Below are positions 35,652-49,345 of a DNA stretch of 64,000 nucleotides, piece by piece. The first letter of the stretch is position 1; each line of letters opens with the position of its first letter. The stretch is from the NCBI GenBank assembly GCA_964270895.1, contig OZ185437.1; one strand, written 5' to 3'. The notes under the pieces are model-generated. The model had not been told where the DNA came from and did no database searches. It was given only the letters and a program-made list of their open reading frames with translations. This stretch comes from Podarcis filfolensis (lineage: Eukaryota). The position numbers were made by a program, and so were the translations under genes.

Positions 35652-38003
35652 CCTCACAACAGTGCAGTCCTCAACTGAGCAAGGTTGATTCAATTTCCAT
35701 ATCTGAGTGTAGTAAAGTACAATAAGGAAGATTACATTTCCCCTGTATGACCATTCTTTTGTTTTCCATTAAACAAGCAGCTTCTACTAGCATTTATAGC
35801 TGTGATTTCTATTTTGCAAAATTGTTAATTACTTGCACATATTGGACTTTCATATCAAAATCAATATTATACATGTTTGTTTCTCCCAAACAGGTTGAAT
35901 CCAAGTACAGATTTTGGTCCATTTGACCAAGGAGGAATTTAGACAGTTTAATGAGAAGCATGACCTACTGATGTGTTTCTGCAGGAAGCTTCTGTCCTAC
36001 AGTTTTCCTCCAGAACATTAGAATCATTGCAGAAGATCTAGTACCATGTCACTGAAGTCAAATTGTCCTGATGGGGACAGTTTTGGAGGTTGATGCACGC
36101 TATCAGAAGTAGACTTCAGCAATGGTCCCATTTGCAATACACAGGTGGAATTTGACACAAGGAGTGCCTTCATGTGAGTACACCCTGGTCTTTGGAGTAA
36201 TTATAGCTCAATGCAATCCTGAGATAGTTAATATGTAGGTTACCATGATGTATAACTTTTCTCTATCTATGGGGGTGGGGTCGGGGGACTACAATACCTT
36301 TGCTAGTAATATAGCAATACTCCAAGAGCCTTGAGCAGCAATCAAAAGTAATTTGGGTTCCAATGTTTTTATGCACAAATTGACATGTATAAAATTTAGT
36401 TATGTTCATACCACAGTCACGCACATGCTGATTTTATCTCTTTCACTGGGGTGGAAATCCTTTTGTCATTTTTACCAGCATTCCTGACATTTGACTCACT
36501 GCTTGGATTACGAGATTCTTCAGAGGACAGAAATAAATAACTGGTCTCTTTTAAGAACAAAGGCTGAAGTGAATATATTTAAAAGCTGCACTGTGTTTTG
36601 ATGTTATTATAGCAATCAAAGTCATAAAATCATAGTACCCAAGCAATAAAGCACGACTTCAAAGAAAAAACTGACTGAAGGCAGTATGACAGCTCAACAG
36701 TTCGGCTGTATTTATGGATGTAATTTATGATATTACATATGCAAAAACACACAGCACATCTACATATGCCATGAATGAAAGTATTGTAAGATAAGCCAGT
36801 TTTTGTTTTTTATCTTAAAAACCAAGAAATCCAAATTTTAGAAATTTTGAACCAGTCATGCTGCATTTGCTATATGTTGTATAAAACACTTTACAACACT
36901 GACAGAAGGAAATGAAGCCAGAAAGATAAGTTATGGGTATTGAAAATAATATTCATTATAGACATTGAATATCTGTGGTGGAGATTGTTGCTATAAAATG
37001 TAGTCTGTGTTACAAGGATGCTTAAAACTCAACTGAGGCATACAATTCAGAAATTATCTCTGAGAAGATGAAAGGCAAAAGTGATGGGTGGAGGGCCGGA
37101 GAAAGCCCTTTTCTAGCAGAATACAGGAAGGTATGTGTGTCCAAGCAAGAGTGTTGACCTTGAACATGGCGGCTGTGTCGCTGGACTGAATAGTTTCTGT
37201 CCTCACAGTACATGCACTGACAGCCCTTTTAAGACCTAGCCTTCTTTTTTGGCCCAATTCCTCTTCTACTACTTTGTGGTGAAAGCTGTGACAGATGCAA
37301 GATGCCGCTTCCATTTAGATTCAGTGAAAAGATTTGGATTGAGACCATGTTTGGTGTATTGTACTCTCAGCAGCACTGGGCAGCAAGCTGGGACAGTGGT
37401 GCTTGCCTGACCCCGCGGCAGGCGAGTCGCTGCTGCTGCTTACTGGGCGGGAGAGTGGGAGAGGCAAGACAGAGGGGAGAGGGGCACTGCCATACCAACC
37501 ACCTGCTGCTGACCCTTTGCAGTGCTGTGTGCGTGAGACTAAACTCCACTGAACACAGTGGGACTTTCTTCTGGACAAATATGCATAGCACGGAACAATG
37601 ACCCTTAATAAACCCTTGACAATTCCTCACTTTAGGAATTAGGCAGATGGCACAACAATGCAGCTAACAGGAAATATCAAAACAAGGTAACATGGGAGCT
37701 ATATGTCCTGCGTGGTTCTATGGGCATACCCGGGCTACACCTGAAATGAAAATATTTCCATTTGAATCCATCCGAAATGAAGACAGGTGGACAATACAAC
37801 AAAAAAGAAACTAGCAATTGTTCATTTAATAAATAAAATATGAATGGCTATTGCTTGCTTGAATAATAAGTAGCTTTTGAAAAATGCCTGCTTAATCTTT
37901 GAACATCTGAGGAGCTAAACTCTATGTTGTGAACTGCCCTGTGATCTTCGGATGAAGGGTAGTATACTAATTTAATAAATAATAATGATAATAATAATAA
38001 TGG

Positions 38004-38138
38004 TCCAGTAGCAAACAAGGTCCCCTCCAGATGTTGTTGGACTACAGCTCCCATCATCCCCAACCGTAGGCCATGCTGGCTGGGGATGATGGGAGTTGGA
38101 GTTCAACATCTGAGCAGCATCCCATTGGCTGCCCTTGC
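38004..38138. mobile_element. Palindromic hAT-like MITE (family also at 48204-48292, 50160-50277, 61424-61545)
   Basis: Internal hairpin GACTACAGCTCCCATCATCCC / GGGATGATGGGAGTTGGAGTT. Confidence 0.7.
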
Positions 38139-38199
38139 TCTAGCCGATGAAAACATGTATACACAACAAACCTTTAAGGTGTCACAAGATGCTTTGTGT

Positions 38200-38640
38200 T
38201 GTAGCAAACTAGAATGACAATGACCTGTGGCCCATCTGTGCAGGAATCCAATACCACAGGTTTTTTTGTTAACTCCCTTAATAATGTGACCGTATCTAAC
38301 CGTCTGTTCTCTAAAGCCAGATACAATGCTGAAGGGAACAATGACTGGTGCCCCATACCAAGATAGTCTGTGCCCGTGTTCCCAGGATGTTGAATGTATG
38401 GAACACATTTTATTACACTGTAGCCTTTATAAACAGGTCAGACAGCATCGAATAAATCCAATTTTAACAGAACAACCTGGAATTGCTGACTCTTTTCATG
38501 TCAAGGTTCTCCTTGAGGATAAGACTGATACTATTACACTGGCTGTAGCAAAATTCCTCTCGGAGGCAGTAAAAATCAGAAATCAGTATGTACAGGCTAA
38601 AGCTCCTCCATTGGCTAGCAAGGCTGCTCTTACGCCTTAA
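38200..38640 (+). mobile_element. Non-LTR retrotransposon ORF2 C-terminus with a CCHC-type knuckle (RTEX-like, clade uncertain)
   Basis: ORF 38326-38640 contains LCPCSQDVECMEHILLHCSLYKQVR...VAKFL. Confidence 0.6.
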
Positions 38641-38770
38641 TAACTGCTGATATATATTACTGTTCAACTTTTGGGTCTATGGACTGCAATCAAGCTGTGT
38701 GTGAGAATGACAACTGCTGTGGAATGTCTATTATAAAACAGAAACTCTAAGTGGGGATCTAGCATGGTGA

Positions 38771-39044
38771 GCCAGTGTGGTGTAGTGGTTAAGAGTGGTG
38801 GACTCAAAATCTGGTGAACTGGGTTCGCTTCCCCGCTCCTCCACATGCAACTGCTGGGTAACCTTGGGCTAGTCACACTTCTCTGAAGTCTCTCAGCCTC
38901 ACTCACCTCACAGAGTGTTTGTTGTGGGGGAGGAAGGGAAGGAGATTGTTAGCCGCTTTGAGACTCCTTAAGGGGAGTGAAAAGGCGGGATATCAAGTCC
39001 AAACTCCTCCTCCTCCTCATCCTCCTCCTCCTCCTCTTCTTCAT
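38771..39044 (+). mobile_element. Full-length tRNA-derived SINE (probably Squam3) with a (CCT)n tail
   Basis: Box A TGGTGTAGTGG at 38778-38788 and box B-like GGGTTCGCTTCCC at 38821-38833; homologous to 4553-4792. Confidence 0.88.
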
Positions 39045-40259
39045 CTATATTTCTACAGTAGTTCTCTTTCCAGGGAGCACACATCGCATTGTCCTGCCTG
39101 AGCTGGGCCACTGATGCTGCTTCCAGTGAACGCTCTTATGCACTGGAGGACCAAGCAAACTAGATGCTTAGAAATTTGCTATGATGAGAAAAAAATGATT
39201 TTGAGTTTCAAAATGATTTTGAGTTTCAGAATTACTTCCACATAGCAAAATGGTATGATTTTTAGGATCTACCACACTACAAATTTAGAGATAATTTATT
39301 ACACAATTAATTGACAGTGAGTCACTGGCAGTTTCCCCCAGTTAGTTCAATCACTGTTTTAAGAAATTACTAGCAATTAAGAAATTTCACTTCTTCCTAG
39401 TGATTGTTGAACTCAGATATCTATGACAGATAATTAGTTTTAGAGAAAACATGGTCAGGAACTAATATTAGGGGGCGAGATGTTTATTTGCACACTGCGG
39501 GTTTTAGAATTAGCAGTCACATTAGATGGAATCTGATAAATAATTCATAGTGAAAGAAGACACAAATCAACTTGCTATGGTTAGGGAGATACATGCACTA
39601 TAAGTCATCCACTTGCCCAGTGGGAAAAGTAAGGAAATATAGAGTTCTCCCAAGATGGATATATTGACTGCACCTTCAGTCCCACACAGAGGGCGCTAAG
39701 CCTCCATTGAAGTAAATGACCACATTCATTGGTGAAAAGGTTGTGGACAGTGACCCAGATAGACAGGGCACTGGAACATCCATGTGCTGCTTGTCAGTTG
39801 CTTTCTAGGCCTGGGTCTGAGCAGTTTTTCATTTATTTCACTGCTTTCCCAGGGAAAACTCACAGTTTACCACTGAATCAAAACAAGCAACAATCCTCAG
39901 GAAACCCAATTGATGTTTAGTGGAAGTGTGGATGAGCCCTAAGTCATGCAATATTTGTCCATTAAACATGACAGGAACTTTAAACTTCAAAATGTGCATT
40001 TTCCATCAAGCAGAAAATGCATCGCTTTGCTGTTAGAAATCCATATACTGCTGCGTAGTTCCTTTCCATGGAGCATAATAAATATATTAAGCTTCCAAAG
40101 ATTCCTGCTTGGATCTAAAAGTGCCATTGGCATAACCGGAAGCTGGTTCCCGTTGTGCGTGGTGGGAACCATTTTTTATCGATTCCACCTTTTTCATGGA
40201 CAGCTGCCCCCCCAATCCACAAATTGATTGAAAAGTATTGAAAGTACTAAAAAAAACCC

Positions 40260-41342
40260 TGAGGTTCTGCACTGCCCCGGAGAAGCCTGCCCCCTGTAAT
40301 GTCTGCTTTTGGGGGGTGTATTTACCCTTGATTTTCCCAAAAAAGCTCAACAACTTGGAAAAGCTCAACAACTTTGGCTGCCACCCCAACAAAAATTCTC
40401 TGCCATTTTGGGTCCTGCGCCCAATGCACAACAGCGACCTTGGAGTGTAGGGTGGGGAGGAACAGCTGAGGTCAGAATGACTGCTCCCAACATTAAATGG
40501 GGGGGTGACCTTTGCGTGGTCACACGCAGCCCCCTGGACCCTATGCGGTTCTATTAGCACAGGCTTGCTTTCGCCTTCTCTGGGTGGGATACCTGGAGGT
40601 CTCTGCCTACCTCAGCCAGTCGCCCAATCCTACCTGGGGAGGCATTGCCAAAGTGACCAGGCCACGTAGGGTGAGGGACCACCCTGCCCACACAATAGGG
40701 GGAGGATATTATCTGGGAATCATCAGTTGGCACCAGAGCTTCTCCCACCCTACCCACCCTCAGTTAAGCCCTCTTTTGCAGGTTAACCTCTTCTCCACAG
40801 GTACGCGGGTGCTGCTATATCAAGGTCGCTGTTGAAGGGCCGGAAAGGAATTTTCCTGCATTGGCAGGTTTTGCCTTTCCCATAGCAAAATGTCACAACT
40901 TTGGCGGTTTCAGGCCTTGGGCGGAATCCTTTAGTCTATATTCCCTAAATAGGGGTGGGCATGTATTAGTGACCCACGCCCCCTTCCTTTTTGCGGTGGC
41001 GATATCAGGGTTCCCCATTAAAGGGGTTTTTGAGGGGAGGCTTTGACCGTATGCCTAGAGGTCGTCATTGATCTCCCCTGTGATGGCGGCGTAACGGGGG
41101 CGGGCTCTCTCTGCTTCAACATATGTTCTCCAGAGCCAGGCCCCCCCCCCGGATAACCCTGATGTTCCCCAGATCCCCGGCGGGGGACTGGGAGGGATAA
41201 ACGCTCAATGCCTGAGCCAAGGTCTACCCACATCTGAAACATAATAAAGTTGTGTCCCATTTTAATCCCATAGCACATTGTCTTGAGTCGTTATTCCACT
41301 TGGGGGCTGCCCAGGGTTTGGGGGACTCCGCCTGTCCATGCA
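40260..41342 (+). mobile_element. Unclassified GC/CpG-rich element, possibly a Ngaro/DIRS terminal-repeat relic
   Basis: 3' end AATAAAGTTGTGTCC...TTGAGTCGT...GGGGG...CATGCA parallels 29798-29894; internal 14-bp inverted repeat. Confidence 0.45.
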
Positions 41343-43760
41343 GTTATGATTCCCCACCCCATAGACATCACTCACCATGAGGAAAAGTTGGGGATGTGAG
41401 ACTTTCTTCCCCCTCTTTCTCTCTCTCTTTAAACACGTTTGACTCACTAGCTCTGTAACTCTCAAATAAGATTAGTATTATCAATAAATCACCACCTTCA
41501 CAGATGAAAAACAAGACAGAACGCCTTGTTTCTGAGGTGCATATAATAGCAATAAGTGCTTCAGCAACAGTTAGAACTGCAGCAACAGATTGTGCCCTAA
41601 AGCAGTAAATATCCTGCACACAAGAGGTTATTCAGTTCTTTTTTAGGGGGAGGGGATTAAAAAAGTTTAGTCATCATTGCTAATGTGCCTTTTAGTTGAG
41701 GAAAGCAACAAAGAGCATGGAAAGGGCTGGCAGGCACTGAGGTAAAATGGAAAGAAATGCTTTTGGTGCTCTCAGGATTAAGACAATTCAACCAGCTGTC
41801 AGTATAATCAGTCAGAATTCTCTCATATGAGGCATCTTTGAGAAAATCACCAGGGCATACCATAGACAGAGCGACACTTGCTCATGCTGCAAAGTCCTAA
41901 TGACATATATATGCTTGCATGTTTGTGTGTGTCCATAATCAGGCTGATTAGCTCGCTGACAACACTCTTGTCTTTTGGTATCTTGGGGGTGCTTGGAAGT
42001 AGGCTGCATTCCAGGCCCGTTCCTGTTTATCTTAATGAGAATTCTGCAATTGACTTTAATAGCAGCAAGGTCAAGCCCCAGTAGTGCGCTGACTGCAAAG
42101 GCAGCTGTTTACCTCAGGGCCTGATCCACTGATATGCTGCTCTAATTTTATACCAGCGTAATTTCCATCAGAAATCAGACTACTGCAAACCTGAAGTAAT
42201 GAAGTAATAACTCTCTTATTTCATTTCAGGCCATCTCTTATTTCGTTTGAGGAAATTCCACTCTAATTAATGCCAGCACTGATCCAAACCCAGGGACGTA
42301 GTGAGCATTGGTGCTTCAGAACAAAACAAAATGCTGCTTGCCAAAACAGAGACCGAGTGCAAGCACACATCCAGAATAGCTTTCAGTGTCATTTTTGCAG
42401 CCCTGCATAGCTTATTATCCACATGAAGCATCACTAAATGCCAATGCAACAGTTATCAAATTAATAAATTAACAAATCGAGATAAGCCAATTGTTGCTAG
42501 ATTTTTTCCTTTTTTTGCAGGTTACAAAACCTGAGAAGGTAGGTGTGAAAAATATATGGGAAATATCAGAAACCAGAATAAGATTTTGTTGAGATGCTCA
42601 GGAGAAGGGAGAGCTTGAGTGCTGCACAGTACTCATTCTTTCTCTTCCAGGTTTAAGAGAAGCAGAATAGATTTTGCAAATTAGCAAATATATACAGATT
42701 TGCTCAATTTACATGCAGTATCCAGATCACACAATTCAGTTTTTCTTGAGTGTCTTTGCAGACAAGTTTTTATTTTTATTATTACTTCAATTCACAATGT
42801 CAGCTATTGCCAACTGATATATTCCAGCAATACAATGATGCAATGTATATAATGTAATTGTCACTGGGAACAAATGCTGATTAATTCTCACTGCTACACA
42901 AAACAAAGTGGTGAAAGTAAACACATTGTAAGCAGTGAAGACTCTGTCATCGTTGTAATGAATTTAACAAGGAAGTGTGCCCTGTGTACAAGGTCCAGCT
43001 GCCGATAAATATATGTGAACTCTCAGAGGAGTGTCTACAAACACACGTTAAGATTGCCATTCTATATCATAGGTGTAAGCTTCACGGAACGTGCTCCCAA
43101 GTAAGATGTGCATGCAACTGTGCTGTCAGACTTTTTAAAAGGTGCTCAAAGCAGCTGTCATGAGAGTAAACCCCATTGATTTACTTCTGAATAAAAATAC
43201 ACATAATTGTGAGGTTGTTATTATGACATAATAATCTTAGCATTGGTTCCTGAAATATCTTGCACCCATTGATATAGCGTGAGCTTATCATTCTACTTCT
43301 AGTAAACTAGAAATATTTGCCTCATAGCTCATTACCTTGACTCTTCTCTCCATTCTGTTTACTAAATAACTCCATACATAGATATCCAATATTTACTAGC
43401 TTGACCAGCTATCACTGGACTGAATTTAAAATTAGACAGGTGGATTGCGACCTGGGAAGAATAACCTTGGTTCTTTCTTTTTATTATGCATTCAGTTTTG
43501 CCTCCTTAAGTTTTAGACTTAAAAAATAATGAAGGTAAAACAAAAAATAGGAAGGAAAAATAGTGAGAAAACCCCTCTAGCTGCTCTATGGGAGTCCAGC
43601 ACTTTTAGCTGATGGCAATTAAAAGAATGTAATGCCATTTTCACGTACTTTCTAGAGACATATGAGCAAACTTGATCTACTTAAAAATAAGTGTGTATTT
43701 TAAAACTTGAACATTAATTTTTCCCTATATTTTGTTTCCTCTTCACAAGTTGATTGGTAA

Positions 43761-43898
43761 CAGATTCTCCAAGTGTCCCTATTTTCCAGGGACAGTCCCA
43801 GATTTACAGAAGCCGTCCCAGTTTCTGATTTGATTCTGGAATGTTCCGCTTTGTCTTAAGACATTCCTATTTTTATTGGAGAAATGTTGGAGGGTATG
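43761..43898 (-). mobile_element. Short MITE, copy 2 (family of 10322-10458)
   Basis: Reverse complement of 10322-10458. Confidence 0.7.
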
Positions 43899-46800
43899 TG
43901 TTAATCTTGTGTCTTTCTATCTCTAAGACTGAATCTTGAAAATATTTTGACCAGGGCAAAAAGAAAGCTCAGGGCTTTTAAGAACTTCTATATGGAATTT
44001 TGGGAGGCATCTATTAACTTACTTTCCAAACCATAAACTAGTTTCAGAGTTGAAGTACTGTAATTTGAATTTTAAATCCAGTATACCTCTTAATGGGATT
44101 TCATGGCATTCTGGAAAGCCTAGACTTTGCTTAGTGATATGGTAACTTCTTAAGTGTTTCTGTGGCTTGCTTCAAGGTTCCTTCTAGCTGGGTAGTTTAT
44201 TGCTTTACTCGTTTTGATGCTGCTGGTGGGCTGTTAGGATGACCTGTGACAGACACCCTCACTTAAAATGGCTGCTGCGTAACATGACTGCTGTTATCAG
44301 TGTGTTGTTAGATAAATTTCTCCCAGTATTTGTCCAAAACAACTGTTTAGTTTGGTGAAAGGAACCCCATGACCACTTAATGGTCACTTTTAGAACAAAA
44401 CAAGAGCTTAATTTGTTTACACTCAATGAGGTTATAGCTTTGTGGTTACTTTTGAAAGGCAGTATCTTTTGAGGCCAGCAGGTTTTTCTTTTAGGTTATT
44501 GATTGCCGATTCTAGTGTTGATGGGTTTGTTATTATTTCTGTTACTTCTTGAAAAATACAAATATATCAGTGTTGATAAATATCAACCCAGAAAACTTCA
44601 GTACACCATAATAAGAAGATGTTATTAGGAAGGAAAGTAATAAAATAATTATTATGAAATAATGTGACAATGAGCAGCATGCTTAGTTGCATGATTTGCC
44701 TTTGTTGCAGTTCCCAGGGTCTCACACACTACACAGGACTCAGGGCAGCGGCTCCTTCCTTCCTTTAAGCAAACAGGCGGTGTCCTTTTTCTGCCATTCC
44801 ATCAAAGCAGAGAAGACCAGCTCATCCTGGGGTAGAGGTGAGGAGTAGACAACCCAAACTGCCTCTTCCGGCCTTCATCCTCCAGCATCCTCCACCTTCT
44901 TTTGGATTCTCCTCTGCCTCCCAATCATGACTCCCTCAGAGGCTTATAAACCACTATGGAGAAGAAGAGCCTGTAACCTTGTGGCCTCACCTGAATAAGT
45001 AGCTGGTTCAGGACTTCTTGTCCATGGCCTAGGCCAGGCTGAAGCAGGAATGTGGCTGAAACAATCACATTAAGATTGTTTCCACAGTGATCTTTTGTTA
45101 GCTGGGATGGAAGAATCATCACTTTGGAGTAGCAAACGAAAGGGTCGTCTAGTGGGAACAATGGCGTTCTAGTTCAGGCAGGCGGCAGCGTTTGCCATAC
45201 TCCCTGCCAGATGCAAGAAGAAAAACAACAGCTGTTTGAGACCATGGCATCCTGAAAAACATTGTTAATGATAATTAGGTTGGGAGCATGTTGGGTTAAA
45301 AACTGAACATTGCTGTTCTTACAGCAGAATACTAGTTGCAACATTATCAGTGTAACGATAATTAATATCCTATTGGCAGCTGTTCCTTCAAACAAAACGG
45401 ATGTGCACCTAATAGAAATTTCAACATTACCGTGGGGGGAGAGAAAAGGTGCGCAAAACCAGGCATGACCAAAACTCACTGAGCATATGCAATTCAGGGT
45501 TATGTCTACTTTGTGCCTCCTCAACCCAAAATTTGCACTGCCAAAATTCTACAGCTTGAATAAAGTACATATATATTCATGTACTAGAGTGATTACTAGC
45601 ATGATCTAATCTCTGCTAAATTGTTGATTATGTCGCTTCAGGCAAGCTGCTATCTCTTATCACTAGCTCTGATTCTGTAAAATGGGAGTAATATGCTACT
45701 AGTCCAATTTAAGGGATTGGTTTAGAGATTACTGTGATGATGCACCTAACATTCTGGTACAAACATGCCTGCAAATGAGTACATCATGCAGGTGTGTTTG
45801 CTGGGGAACTGGGATTGGTTGCAGCCTCCTGTTGAGTGAACAAATCCTGGGTGTGTTTTGCCTTCATTTAGGTTGCACAGGTTTGTTCAATATTTTGAAC
45901 TTCTTGCTCTGCCCTCTTTGTTTGATGTTTGTCTACTCTGTAACTGCATTGTGTGCTTCTGCTTTGAGGGCCCTTTTGGGGGCCAAAAGGTGAAATATAA
46001 AACATTGTGGGAATATATAAGTATCCAGGTGATATCTCGGCAGAACTCAAATGCAGCAGAGCAGAAAATGTCACTGAATGTGAGACGGGTTTTCCCAAAA
46101 CAAAAGCAGGCACACTTACACAAGCCTTGTTGGCCCAACTGAGTGAAACCTGGCATGAAAATGGCCTGTCCTTGATCTCTGGAGTTACACTTGAAAACAC
46201 TCAGCTTAACAGCACTGGAGCAACCCTCTACAAATACTTCAGACACCTCTATCATGCCACACCATCCACTCCAAAACCCCATGCTCTGGTTTGTACAGGT
46301 TCCAAAAACAGCATAGTAAATATATCAGGAGTGGTTAAGAACAGATTATTGGAAGCCACAAAGTCTCACTGGAAGTAATCCTGCCCACCTCTTAATGTTT
46401 TTTTTATTCACACTGCCTAAAGAGAGAAAAACACCAGCATGATTTGGCATTTCAGATTTGCATCTTATCTCACTGCTCTTATTTCCAAAAGGACCTTTAA
46501 AACACTATATTATTAGACGTTGGAGACGGGCTTCTTTCTTCTCTTGTGGCTGCATTCTATGGGTTGGAGGTTTGGCTGCCCTATGGTGTAATACTTTCAT
46601 TATGTGCAAAGTTTCATATAACTCAACTGCCTTTACTGTGAAGAGAGTACAGAATAGGTCACCACCACATTTCAAGAAGCAATGGGCAGACAAGGTACAT
46701 GGTGGTGCTGGTGGCAGAGCAGGCGGAAGATACTTTGGCTCCTGCAGTGAACCAACAAATGGTGCACATACCCTGCCAGGGAAGAAGGGGTGAGTGAAGA

Positions 46801-47124
46801 TCAACATCAGGAGCAAAGGGGGAATCAATATCTACATCAGGAACAAGGATGGGAAAAGACAAGCAGCACCTCCTATTCGCCAAGAGGATGCTGTAGAGGT
46901 GGCACGGGGCGTGGGGGCTGCTGAGAAGGCAGAAGATACGGACTCCAGAGAGCACTCCTCAGCTGCTGCTGCCACCACTGCAGCAGTAGAAGCAGCAGCG
47001 GGCAATATGTTTGTTGAAGGCCAGATCTGCTGCCCCTTTGGATCCTGCTGCCCAAGGCAGTTGCCTCACCTTGCCTCATGGTGGGCCAGCCCTGCCTGTT
47101 GGGCCCTTTCCATACTCTCGAGTT

Positions 47125-47663
47125 TGTGGGATGTGATACATAGGTAGCAGTCAAATACAACATTCCTTGTCTTCCTAGAGTGGACATGCAAGGGGATGTT
47201 TGGTCCAGCCAGTCAGAACTTCCTGTTTCCTCCTGGGCTAGGACATACTTCCCCTTGCATGTGACTAGAGGTGGGTGTGGCCTTACCTGTGCAGTCTGCC
47301 AGTCTGCAGTCACTGGGATTAACCCCCCATATGGGGTAGATCCACATGTATACACTTTGTAACTAAGTCTGCCATCTGGGATCCAACTGTGAACAGAATG
47401 TGAGTAAACTACTTTTATATACTTTACACAAGATTGTGGCGTGCTTATTCTTTTAAGAGGGATATAAGGGAACTTACCAGGAACATACAATTCCGTATTG
47501 AATTGCATGATATTGAGAGGCTTATACAAGGCTTACACAAGCCTGAAACCAGCTATCTGCTGTGTGTTTAAAAGGGGAATGTAAAACTCTGCTATATTAT
47601 AGAAAGTTAGGAAGGATATTAATATACAATATATTCTCTCCTGCCTCCCTGAACATTCCCACA
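47125..47663 (+). mobile_element. Solo LTR, family B copy 1
   Basis: TGTGGGA...TCCCACA termini; 5-bp flanks GAGTT/GGGTT; homologous to 56119-57046 and 62718-63361. Confidence 0.8.
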
Positions 47664-48203
47664 GGGTTCAGTGTTGCGTTCCAGAAAAGCTACTTTTAAG
47701 GGCTTCTCTCTGCTTCTGGCCACTAGATCTCAGTTAGTTCCTACAGGTGATGAGGGAAGCCTGTTGTACATTCAGCGGCTTTTTTGTTTCCTAGCACGTA
47801 GCTCAGTAGGAAGGTGCTATTTGTCTCTTCTCTCCACAGGTGAACTGCTCATCTATTCCACAGGTGTTCTGCTCAGTAAGAGAAGAGAATTGCCTCCAAT
47901 GCTTTCATCTTCTCATGAACTTTGGGCACTTAATGTTAACTTTAATCCTGAGTACAGAAGCTCCTTGGACATCAGGCCTGGTTGGGAGTATTTTCTAGTA
48001 GTTATGATTCATTCTGAACATTTCAGAAATTGCACAGCCATTGTTCATTACAATGAGGCTTAGTGTATTGATACAACTTGCAAAGTTTTAGTATTTTACA
48101 CAACCAGAAATTTCCCAGGAGTTTTATGCAGTCTTATTAGGTTTGACAGAGCTAGATACAAACAAATTTTAAATTGCCACCAAAGTCCTCAGCACAAAAC
48201 TAA

Positions 48204-48292
48204 ATGTTGTAGAACTCCAATTCCCATCAGGCCCAGTCAGCATGGTCAGTAGTCTGTGATGATGGAAGTTGTAGTCCAACAATAGCAGGAGG
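48204..48292. mobile_element. Palindromic MITE relic
   Basis: AACTCCAATTCCCATCA...TGATGGAAGTTGTAGTCCAACA. Confidence 0.6.
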
Positions 48293-49294
48293 ATTCCTAC
48301 ACACATAACTTCACCAGTGAAAAAAGCAGGAAGCCATTCTTTAGATGTCTATAAAGTGTCCAGGGAAAACCTTTGGCATCTGGCAAATGAGGACAATCGG
48401 CAGTAAAAATCGTTGCCTCATGTAAGGTTTGAAAAATAATCTTTTATAAGGGAATCTGGCCCTCGTTGAGATGTGTCCTTAAATTGCAAAAATGATCTGC
48501 ACTCAGGGTGGCCCCCTCTGCCTGCACCGTGTTGCTTAATCACATCACTCAGTAGCTTTCGTTTGCTCTAATTTTCCTTCAGCCGGAAGCTTTTCCCAGT
48601 CTGGATGGAACATTTGCAATATGCCTTTTTACTGTGCATGCAAAAAGAAGCATGTTTTTAACTTCTGAGAACTCATTCAAGGAGACAGCATCCTTTTTGT
48701 ACATGGTGTTCACTGGGAGTGCTGTGCATCCTGCATGCTTCGTTGGTAGCAGTTTAATGCTGTCGTGGTTCTCCTGGGGCTTGTCCCATGTGGTTATAAT
48801 TAACTTTTAATGTCTGCCTTCAGGGCAAAACACTTAAGGGGTTAACCAGTTTTCTCCAAAAGAATGAATAGTTAAATGCTAACATACGTTTATCAATACA
48901 TGCCAGAATTTGGATTAAAATTGCTAGTTTTTTTAAATCTTCCCCTCTAACATTTCTATCATTTTGCAGCTTATGGAAAAATTAAGGGGTCAAAGCTCAC
49001 TGATGTGCATCGACAAAGCTCCAGGTTCCCATAGCTGAACTGGAAAGACCCCTGTCCAAAGCCTTGCCCCTTAGAACAGGCAATCCAGGGCTAGTGGACC
49101 AACGACCTGACTCCGTATATCAGTGGTGAGTGAGAAACACCTGTTGCAGGATGCGGTGTGTGCTGCAGGCCACACACACCCCTAGGTCACACCCCTCACA
49201 AACCCTGCTTCACACCCTGAGTGTTTTTGGCTCACTGGAATATGTCCATGAACACTTACAATGCCTCTTTGTTGTATGGCTGGAGGACAGAGAA

Positions 49295-49345
49295 CAGGGC
49301 CGGCCCACACATGAGGCGGACTAAGGCAACTGCCTTGGGCAGGAG
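49295..49345. mobile_element. hAT-like terminal fragment
   Basis: CAGGGCCGGCCCACACATGAGGC...GCAACTGCCTTGGGCAG resembles the reverse complement of 47047-47094. Confidence 0.45.

Noticed and set aside
45990-46950. ORFs of 107-131 aa, including a faint Myb/SANT-like RSPPHFKKQWAD as a Harbinger relic
   Set aside because: Similarity is too weak, and I found no matching TIR/TSD or transposase motif.
46873-47529. 218-aa minus-strand ORF
   Set aside because: Runs across an LTR-B boundary into unrelated flank; not conserved in the other two LTR-B copies.
48380-48860. Repeat-free stretches that look like conserved non-coding enhancers (also ~6600-6960, ~52240-52700, ~58300-58650)
   Set aside because: Impression only; conservation cannot be judged without alignments.
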